Made by a program: the position numbers and the translations under genes | Origin: Desulfobacterales bacterium | GTDB lineage: Bacteria > Desulfobacterota > Desulfobacteria > Desulfobacterales > UBA5616 | DNA length: 64,000 nucleotides | Reading direction: 5' to 3' | NCBI GenBank assembly: GCA_046483495.1 | Contig: JAWODC010000044.1 | Span: 32,001 to 96,000, forward strand | The notes under the pieces: model-generated | Seen by the model: the letters and a program-made list of their open reading frames with translations, nothing else | The model's database searches: none | Told to the model about the DNA's origin: nothing | Part shown: piece by piece, positions 39,254-46,885 of the stretch | Position numbering within the stretch: position 1 is the first letter of the stretch | Layout: each line of letters opens with the position of its first letter

Positions 39254-42171
39254 CAGCCCCCCTGTGCCATGATTTTTTCATAAGGGATTTCCTGCTGCCC
39301 AAGCACCTGCCGCAGGTACTTGCCGGTATAGCTGGTTTCAGACATCGCCACGCTTTCCGGGGGCCCGGCCGCCACGATCCGCCCCCCTTCCCGGCCGCCC
39401 TCGGGCCCGAGGTCGATAATCCAGTCCGCGGATTTAATCACGTCCAGGTGATGCTCGATCACGACCACCGTATTCCCGGCATTCACCAGGTTCTGCAGAA
39501 CGGAAATAAGCATCTTGACATCTTCGAAATGAAGCCCGGTAGTGGGTTCGTCCAGTATGTACAAGGTCCGGCCCGTACTTTTTCGAGCCAATTCCTTTGC
39601 CAGCTTGATGCGCTGGGCCTCACCCCCGGACAGCGTCGTGGCGGATTGCCCGAGCTTGATATATCCCAAGCCTACCTGCATGAGCGTGTCCAGAATGGCT
39701 TTGATTTTGGGATGGTTTTTAAAAAGCTCCAGTGCCTGCCGGACGGAAAGGTTCAACACGTCCGCAATGGAATGGCCCTTGTAGCGAATTTCCAGGGTGG
39801 TGTCATTGAACCGTTTGCCTTTGCAGATTTCACAGGGCACGAATACATCCGGCAGAAAATGCATTTCAACACGGATATAGCCATCGCCGGCGCAGTGTTC
39901 ACAGCGCCCGCCCTTGACGTTGAATGAAAAACGGCCCTTCTTATATCCGCGCGCCCGGGATTCCGGCAGTAAGGCGAACAAGTCTCGAATGTGGTCGAAC
40001 ACCTTCGTATACGTGGCCGGGTTGCTCCGAGGTGTGCGGCCGATGGCTTTCTGATCGATGTTGACGACCTTGTCGAGACGGGAAAGACCGGTAATCCCAC
40101 CATGTCTGCCGACCTCGCCGACACCCCCATGGAGCTTTCGCATCAGCGAGGGATAGAGAATCTGGTTGGTGAGTGTGGATTTGCCCGCTCCTGAAACACC
40201 GGTTACCAGGACAAAGAGGCCCAGCGGGATGTCGACCGTAATGTCCGCCAGATTGTTTTCAGAGGCCTTTTTAATCGAAAGCCGGTGATTTCCGACATCT
40301 TTCGGATTGCGCCGAACCTCCGGAACGGGTATTTTTTCTTTCCCGGACAGGTACTTGCCGGTCAGTGACACCGGGTGGGACTTTATTTGGGCGGGGGTCC
40401 CTTCGGCAACGATTTGTCCCCCAAGAAGACCGGCGCCCGGACCGATATCCACAACCCAGTCCGCCGTTTCGATGGTTTCCTGATCATGTTCTACGACAAT
40501 CAGTGTGTTGCCGATATCCCGAAGGTGGCGCAAGCTGTCCAACAGCTTCCGGTTGTCCCTCTGGTGCAATCCGATGGAAGGTTCATCGAGTATGTAGAGC
40601 ACACCTGTCAGTTCCGACCCCACCTGGGATGCCAAGCGGATCCGCTGCGATTCACCGCCGGACAGCGTCGGTCCTTTTCGGTCCAGTGTAAGATAATCGA
40701 GTCCGACGTTGATGAGAAATCCCAGTCGATTGACAATCTCCTTGAGCAGTTCACCGGCTATGATTCGGCGGTTTCCCTCCAGTGAAAGACCGCTTACGAA
40801 TTGATAGCATTCCTGAATGGTCATCTGCGTAATGTCCATAATGGAGCATCCGTTTACCCGTACATGAAGAACTTCCGGTTTTAAGCGGCTGCCCCCGCAC
40901 GTCGTGCATTTTGCCGAAGACATGAAGCGGCCGTACCATTTCTTTGCGCTCTCGGACTTTGTTTGCAGATACCGTCGCATCATCGAGTTCAACAGGCCTT
41001 CGATGGACGTGGTGACATTACCCTTGAAATTTTCGGAGTTCCACCTGATCGTGGCGTTCTTTCCATTGGACCCGTAAAGGCACAGCTCCTTTTGTTTTTT
41101 CGGCAGCTTTCGCCATGGGACATCCAGGTCCAGCCCGAATTGCTTTTCCAGGGCTTGTATCTTCCGAAGCCCCCAGGATGTACCGCCGGGTTTTTGGAAA
41201 TAGCTCCTCCACGGAAGGACGGCCCCCTGCCGGATGGTGAGCCGGGGGTCGGGCACGATTTTACCCGGGTCCATGGAAAGCACGGTACCGATTCCGTTGC
41301 ATTCCGGGCACATTCCCTGTGGGGAATTGAATGAAAACAGCGGGGGATCGAGTTCAGGGAATGCAAAACCGCAGCAGGAACGGGCTTCGCTCATACGAAT
41401 GTCTTCGCCGTCCACTACGTGGACCACCAAATTCCCTTTTCCATACTTCAAAGCGGTTTCCACCGAATCGGTCAAACGGGTTTTAAAGGCCGCATCCGTT
41501 CGAATGACCAACCGATCCACCACCACCTCGATATGATGCTTTTTATTCTTGGAAAGGCGTATAACGTCGGCAAGATCCTGGACCACACCGTCGATGCGAA
41601 TCCGTGCAAAACCGTCACGCTTGAGTTCCTCGATCCGTTCCCGGTGTTCACCCTTGCGATTTTCGATGATCGGCGCAAGAAGCAGTATTCGCGTGTTCTC
41701 GGACAGTTCAAGAATCTGTGAAACCATGCTCTGGGCATCCCCCCTGCCGACCTTGCTGCCGCATTTGTGGCAGTATTGAATGCCGATTCTCGAAAAGAGC
41801 ACCCTGAGATAATCGTACACTTCCGTAATCGTGCCTACTGTCGACCGGGGGTTCTTGCTTGCCGATTTCTGTTCGATGCTTATGGTGGGTGACAGGCCTT
41901 TGATGGTATCGTACTTGGGCTTTTCCATCTGCCCCAGGAATTGGCGCGCATACGATGACAGCGATTCAATATATCGCCTCTGCCCTTCCGCAAATATCGT
42001 ATCGAAAGCAAGGCTGGATTTTCCGGACCCCGAAACACCGGTGAACACGATCAGTTTTTTTTTGGGAAGACTGACGGTTACATCTTTTAAGTTGTGCTCT
42101 TTTGCCCCCTTGACAATGATATGGTCGTACTCTATCGCGCCTGCTTTAATGCGGTTCTTTCTCACGTTCAT
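39253..42171 (-). CDS. uvrA: Excinuclease ABC subunit A
   Basis: Two ABC ATPase modules (GVSGSGKSS, GVSGAGKST), LSGGE twice, CxxC zinc modules. Confidence 0.98.
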   Translation of the reverse strand: MNVRKNRIKAGAIEYDHIIVKGAKEHNLKDVTVSLPKKKLIVFTGVSGSGKSSLAFDTIFAEGQRRYIESLSSYARQFLGQMEKPKYDTIKGLSPTISIEQKSASKNPRSTVGTITEVYDYLRVLFSRIGIQYCHKCGSKVGRGDAQSMVSQILELSENTRILLLAPIIENRKGEHRERIEELKRDGFARIRIDGVVQDLADVIRLSKNKKHHIEVVVDRLVIRTDAAFKTRLTDSVETALKYGKGNLVVHVVDGEDIRMSEARSCCGFAFPELDPPLFSFNSPQGMCPECNGIGTVLSMDPGKIVPDPRLTIRQGAVLPWRSYFQKPGGTSWGLRKIQALEKQFGLDLDVPWRKLPKKQKELCLYGSNGKNATIRWNSENFKGNVTTSIEGLLNSMMRRYLQTKSESAKKWYGRFMSSAKCTTCGGSRLKPEVLHVRVNGCSIMDITQMTIQECYQFVSGLSLEGNRRIIAGELLKEIVNRLGFLINVGLDYLTLDRKGPTLSGGESQRIRLASQVGSELTGVLYILDEPSIGLHQRDNRKLLDSLRHLRDIGNTLIVVEHDQETIETADWVVDIGPGAGLLGGQIVAEGTPAQIKSHPVSLTGKYLSGKEKIPVPEVRRNPKDVGNHRLSIKKASENNLADITVDIPLGLFVLVTGVSGAGKSTLTNQILYPSLMRKLHGGVGEVGRHGGITGLSRLDKVVNIDQKAIGRTPRSNPATYTKVFDHIRDLFALLPESRARGYKKGRFSFNVKGGRCEHCAGDGYIRVEMHFLPDVFVPCEICKGKRFNDTTLEIRYKGHSIADVLNLSVRQALELFKNHPKIKAILDTLMQVGLGYIKLGQSATTLSGGEAQRIKLAKELARKSTGRTLYILDEPTTGLHFEDVKMLISVLQNLVNAGNTVVVIEHHLDVIKSADWIIDLGPEGGREGGRIVAAGPPESVAMSETSYTGKYLRQVLGQQEIPYEKIMAQGG

Positions 42172-43019
42172 TTAAACTTTCTTTCGGGCCACCATGGAAA
42201 GAAATCGGGCATATCCGTGCTCGGCTTCATGGTGAACTTCGGGGGTCGTTTTTCATGAAATGCATTTACGGCCTCTTTCGAATCCGGCATCAGACCCAGC
42301 CAGTATATGCATTTCGACTCGATTTTATGGGCTTCCATGGGATGATCCGCCGAGAGCATTTTCCACAACAGCTGCCGGTTCAAAGGGATGGATATCGCAG
42401 AAGTATTGTCCGCAATTTCCCCGGCCGTCTCAAACGCTTTTTCCATCAGCTGTTCATGTGGAACCACCCGGCTGACGAGCCCTCCCGCCAGTGCTTCCTG
42501 AGCATCGAATATTCTGCCGGTATAGGCCCATTCAGCCGCTTTGCTGATGCCGACGATCCGCGGCAGAAACCAATTGCTGCAAGCTTCCAGGGTAATGCCC
42601 AGGCGCGTGAACACAAATCCGATTTTTGCTTTTTCAGAGGCCAGACGGATATCCATGGGCAGTGTCATGGTAATGCCGACACCGATTGCGGCACCATTAA
42701 TGGCGGCAATGACCGGCTTTTTCATCTCGAAAATCCGTAAGGCGACGATTCCGCCGATATCCCGGTGCGTATCCAAGGTGGCCCGGGCCTGCTTTTCGTA
42801 GTCGAATCCCTCCTCGAGATCATGGCCCGAACAGAACCCACGGCCTGCCCCGGTGACGATCACGACCCGGACATCATCGTCTTCATCCGCCCGGTCGAAG
42901 GCATCCATCAGCTCGGGCGCCATGACATAATCGGTAAATGCGTTCAGTTTCTCCGGCCGATTCAGGGTAATGACCAACACCCGGTTTCGGACCTCATAAT
43001 CGATTTGGGTATAGTCCAT
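42168..43019 (-). CDS. Enoyl-CoA hydratase/isomerase (crotonase) family protein
   Basis: ITLNRPEKLNA, GRGFCSGHDL, KPVIAAINGAAIGVG; start placed at MDYTQ after GGAGG. Confidence 0.93.
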   Translation of the reverse strand: MDYTQIDYEVRNRVLVITLNRPEKLNAFTDYVMAPELMDAFDRADEDDDVRVVIVTGAGRGFCSGHDLEEGFDYEKQARATLDTHRDIGGIVALRIFEMKKPVIAAINGAAIGVGITMTLPMDIRLASEKAKIGFVFTRLGITLEACSNWFLPRIVGISKAAEWAYTGRIFDAQEALAGGLVSRVVPHEQLMEKAFETAGEIADNTSAISIPLNRQLLWKMLSADHPMEAHKIESKCIYWLGLMPDSKEAVNAFHEKRPPKFTMKPSTDMPDFFPWWPERKFK

Positions 43020-43224
43020 TTGGATTCCCTCCAATTTCATGCACACATAGACGTCGGACGCAAATCCCCGGTGGATCCATCCTGCAAGGCAATTAACACA
43101 GTCCCCGATAAAGATCAATTAGAGGATTGTTGTTTACTAATACCGGATCGATTGATATAAATACCGAAAAAAATTAACCCTTGTTTCCCCTTTCTCTTAG
43201 GGTATGCCTACAGCCGCAACGATT

Positions 43225-43869
43225 ATGGCGATATGTGTCAATGAAATATTTTACAGCATTCAGGGCGAATCGATTCATGCCGGCCGCCCGTGCGTGTTCA
43301 TCCGTGTTGCCGGATGCAATCTGAGGTGTTCATACTGCGATACGCGGTACGCGTATGAAGACGGTCGAATACTGGACATCGCCGGCATCATGGAAGCGAT
43401 TCGAGGATTCAACTGCCGTTTAGTGGAAGTCACCGGCGGTGAGCCCCTGCTTCAGCAGGATGTGTTGCCCCTGATTTCGACACTGGCTTCAGAAGGCTAC
43501 GAGACGATGCTGGAAACCAACGGTACCCTTGCGATCGAAGCGGTGGATGAAAGATGCATGAAAATAGTGGACATTAAATGCCCCGGAAGCAATGAAAGCG
43601 GCCGGTTCAACCGGAACAACCTTGCCTGCCTGGGGCCGCAGGACCAGATCAAGTTCGTCCTCAAAGATCGCACGGATTATGAATTCGCCGCAAAATGGCT
43701 CCCGGAAATCCCAGCTTGTGTTCCACGCCGCCACGTGCTGTTTTCACCGGTATTCGGGGTACTCGATCCGGCGGAGCTTTCCGCCTGGATCCTTGGCGAT
43801 CATCTGCCGGTGCGCGTTCATCTGCAGCTTCACAAAGCGATCTGGCCGAAACTGGACAGGGGGGTATAA
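43225..43869 (+). CDS. queE: 7-carboxy-7-deazaguanine synthase (radical SAM)
   Basis: [33 protein letters not shown]; alternative start at 43204. Confidence 0.93.
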   Translation: MAICVNEIFYSIQGESIHAGRPCVFIRVAGCNLRCSYCDTRYAYEDGRILDIAGIMEAIRGFNCRLVEVTGGEPLLQQDVLPLISTLASEGYETMLETNGTLAIEAVDERCMKIVDIKCPGSNESGRFNRNNLACLGPQDQIKFVLKDRTDYEFAAKWLPEIPACVPRRHVLFSPVFGVLDPAELSAWILGDHLPVRVHLQLHKAIWPKLDRGV

Positions 43870-43879
43870 CGATTGCCGT

Positions 43880-44581
43880 ATGCCGGATGTGACATTTGAA
43901 AAAAAGAAAAAGGCCGTTGTCCTTTCCAGCGGAGGAATCGATTCCACCACCGCCATGGCCATGGCCAAAGACATGGGCTTTTCGATTTACAGCCTTACGG
44001 TGAATTACGGCCAACGGCATAGGCAAGAACTCGCAGCCGCCCGTAATGTGGCCGAGGCGCTGGGAGTGGAAATCCACATGGTAATGGATCTTGACCTGCG
44101 AAGCATCGGAGGTTCGGCACTCACGGATGATATCCCGGTCCCAAAATCGGTTTCCCGCCAAAGCGGCATTCCGGCAACCTATGTTCCGGCAAGAAATACG
44201 ATTTTTTTATCCTTGGCTTTATCATGGGCGGAAGTGCTGACATGCGGGGATATTTTCATCGGCGTAAATGCAATCGATTACAGCGGGTATCCGGATTGCC
44301 GGCCCGAATACATCCAATCCTTCGAAAAAATGGCGAACCTGGCCTTAAAAGCGGCGGTTGAGGGCCGCATTACCGTTTGCATCCAGGCCCCGCTCATTCA
44401 TATGACCAAGGCGCAAATTATCGAGACCGGCATCCGTTTTGGGGTGGATTATTCACTAACGCACAGCTGTTACCATCCTGATCCCACAGGAGCGGCCTGT
44501 GGTGTTTGTGACAGCTGCATGATCCGAAAAAAGGGTTTTTCCGACGCAGGCGTTCCGGATCCGACCCGATATGCATTATGA
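43880..44581 (+). CDS. queC: 7-cyano-7-deazaguanine synthase
   Basis: SGGIDS, YGQRH, TYVPARN, GYPDCR, SCY..CGVCDSC..R. Confidence 0.96.
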   Translation: MPDVTFEKKKKAVVLSSGGIDSTTAMAMAKDMGFSIYSLTVNYGQRHRQELAAARNVAEALGVEIHMVMDLDLRSIGGSALTDDIPVPKSVSRQSGIPATYVPARNTIFLSLALSWAEVLTCGDIFIGVNAIDYSGYPDCRPEYIQSFEKMANLALKAAVEGRITVCIQAPLIHMTKAQIIETGIRFGVDYSLTHSCYHPDPTGAACGVCDSCMIRKKGFSDAGVPDPTRYAL

Positions 44582-45012
44582 TCGTATTTGATGGAAAATA
44601 CAGCTGGTCCGGTGTAAAAAAATCCGAAGTGCGTCCCGTGAACTGGTGGTCCGGCGCTTACTGGCTGAAGATTATCGATCTTTCCGGAAAAAAAGGCGGC
44701 GTTCTGATGCTCAAACCAATCGTTGCCATCATTTCCGATACCGGGGAAGGCGCTTCCGCCGCGAATTACGCCTCCGAGCTGGTCAAAAGCGTGTGCCGGG
44801 ATTTTAATCTGGACATCAAAAAGCTGAATTGGATCGAATTCGATCCCGGGCCGCCCGAGCAAATGAATGTGGCCAAGCTCATCCCCGTGGCAAGACTGAA
44901 AGGCGATGTCCATTATACCGCGGACTGGCGCTCCATTCGAATCGATGAGCTTGAAATGATAGCACCCTATTCCCTTCGGGCTCGAAGGATACTGCGATCC
45001 CTTTCAGCTTGA
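44578..45012 (+). CDS. Hypothetical protein coupled to queC
   Basis: ATGA overlap with the queC stop; 144-aa Trp-rich ORF. Confidence 0.75.
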   Translation: MIVFDGKYSWSGVKKSEVRPVNWWSGAYWLKIIDLSGKKGGVLMLKPIVAIISDTGEGASAANYASELVKSVCRDFNLDIKKLNWIEFDPGPPEQMNVAKLIPVARLKGDVHYTADWRSIRIDELEMIAPYSLRARRILRSLSA

Positions 45013-45067
45013 ACCGAACGGGTTGCGAATTCCAATTCTGCGAGCAGAAAAAAGGAGATAAAAACGT

Positions 45068-46885
45068 ATGTTTGATGAACAGGATTTCGAGGGATTGGAT
45101 CCGGAACAAGCGCGGTTGATTTATCAACCCGGGAAAAACCCGGAAACCGATGCATGGTTCAACGGGTTTTTTATCGAAAATCACCTGGACTATTACACCA
45201 ACCCCGACCATGCCTGTACACCCGAGCAAATCCGGTTCATGGTCTATACCGAAGATAATGAACAGTACTATCCGTGCTCGGACAAAATGTTCGAAGCGAT
45301 TATGCACCGCAACAAGTCGGCTTTCCTTCAAAAGAAATACAACGAAGTCTTTCAGCGGCTGTTGGCTTTGATCGATCGACAGATTGAAGATCCGTGGGAA
45401 AAATCCTTTCTGGAAAGTCTTATCATCATCAAATTCAAACACGAAACCCGTGATGAAATCATGATTCCTTCCCGGGTTGAAAAACGGCTGTTGGGGATGT
45501 TTTTAAAACGCACCCAAATCGAGGATCCTTATGTTTGCGACAAAGTCGCACGCAACCGGCGTGCATTGCAGGTGCTCGCATCACCGGCCTTTCAAACCGC
45601 CATCAACCGGGTAACGGAAAATGAATTTGAACGGCTCCCGACAAGGTTTTCGGAAATAAAAAAGAGAGTGGATTACATCGAGTTAAGGCGCCTTATTTCC
45701 CTATGCGTCGAGCGCACGATCTGGGAAACCGACGAAGCGAAGCATTACACAGTTGAGGATTACCATAAGATTCTGGAACGTCCGCTGTCCGGAAGAGGCG
45801 TGGGCCGCTTTTTTCAATTTTTCGGCCTGGATGAAGAAGATCATTCCGGTACGGGATACGAAGCCAAAAAAATACTTTGGCTGGTCGACGAATCCGGAGA
45901 ATTCCTGATCGATCTGTACATTATCCGCTATCTCGAAAAACTCGGGCATAAAATCATTATTGCCTTCAAAGGCGGACCGCTATACACGAAAATCGATTTC
46001 GTGGATCTTCAGGAAGATGAGATTCTCAAGAAGGAAACCGAGGGCATCTACATGATCCATGAGAATGCAATCACCAAAAATCAACTGATATCGCTGATCC
46101 GCAGCGACCACAATATCCTTGCCATTTCCGACAGCACCCGCGAAAATGTCAACCTCATTCTTGCATCCGTCACGTTCGCCCGGATTTTCAAAGAAGTCGA
46201 TGTCGTCATATCGCGGGGTGCGGACCAGAAGCGGCGTTTTTTCGAGACGCATTTTCAATTTACCCAGGATATTTATAACATTTCCGCGAACCAGGCGGGT
46301 TTTGCAGAAATATCCCACAAGTCCATGCACCCGAATGTGAAAAAATTTTCCTACAAAGATCTGGAGATCAAGGCTCAGCGCATCATCGACGAAATGAAAG
46401 CCGCCAAAAAAGACAAAATGACCGTGGTTTTTTACAGCGGCATCATCGGCTCCATTCCCGGAAAAGTGGAAATGGCAAAGCAGGTGATGGCGGCCTTTGT
46501 CAAATACCTGAAAGACCAGTACGCCATGACTTTCATTATCAACCCATCCGAATACTTCGAACCCGGTATGGATGCGGATGATCTCATGTATATGTGGGAA
46601 ATCGTGCAGCGAAGCGGTTATATCGACATCTGGCGCTTCCAGACATATGAGGATATCGCGCTTTCATTTCAGCTTATGAACATCAAAATCCCGCCGGAAT
46701 GGGTGGGAAAGGACGCCACCTACAGCACCGGCTGCACCAAAGAGATGCGGATTGCCCTGGAAGTCCAGCAGCTGCATCCGGAGATGCAGATCATCGGGCC
46801 TTCAAGGGAAAAATTTATGCGCCGCAGCGAGTATGGCATAGGAAAACTGTACGACAAGCGGCTCGTAGACACCTGCACGATTTAG
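45068..46885 (+). CDS. ARMT1/DUF89-like protein with C-terminal NDT/DUF4406-like domain
   Basis: KILWLVDESGEFLIDL..KGGP..KID..DVVISRG (DUF89-like); C-terminal VFYSG..INP..STGCTKE...A; AGGAG SD. Confidence 0.7.
   Translation: MFDEQDFEGLDPEQARLIYQPGKNPETDAWFNGFFIENHLDYYTNPDHACTPEQIRFMVYTEDNEQYYPCSDKMFEAIMHRNKSAFLQKKYNEVFQRLLALIDRQIEDPWEKSFLESLIIIKFKHETRDEIMIPSRVEKRLLGMFLKRTQIEDPYVCDKVARNRRALQVLASPAFQTAINRVTENEFERLPTRFSEIKKRVDYIELRRLISLCVERTIWETDEAKHYTVEDYHKILERPLSGRGVGRFFQFFGLDEEDHSGTGYEAKKILWLVDESGEFLIDLYIIRYLEKLGHKIIIAFKGGPLYTKIDFVDLQEDEILKKETEGIYMIHENAITKNQLISLIRSDHNILAISDSTRENVNLILASVTFARIFKEVDVVISRGADQKRRFFETHFQFTQDIYNISANQAGFAEISHKSMHPNVKKFSYKDLEIKAQRIIDEMKAAKKDKMTVVFYSGIIGSIPGKVEMAKQVMAAFVKYLKDQYAMTFIINPSEYFEPGMDADDLMYMWEIVQRSGYIDIWRFQTYEDIALSFQLMNIKIPPEWVGKDATYSTGCTKEMRIALEVQQLHPEMQIIGPSREKFMRRSEYGIGKLYDKRLVDTCTI

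Noticed and set aside
43020..43224. preQ1 riboswitch upstream of queE
   Set aside because: An A-rich tract is present, but I could not find the P1 stem/loop consensus.
43225..46885. QatABCD, Dpd or CBASS-type QueC defence system
   Set aside because: QueC is canonical in length and paired with QueE; no TatD, KAP ATPase, DpdA/TGT or cyclase gene is present.
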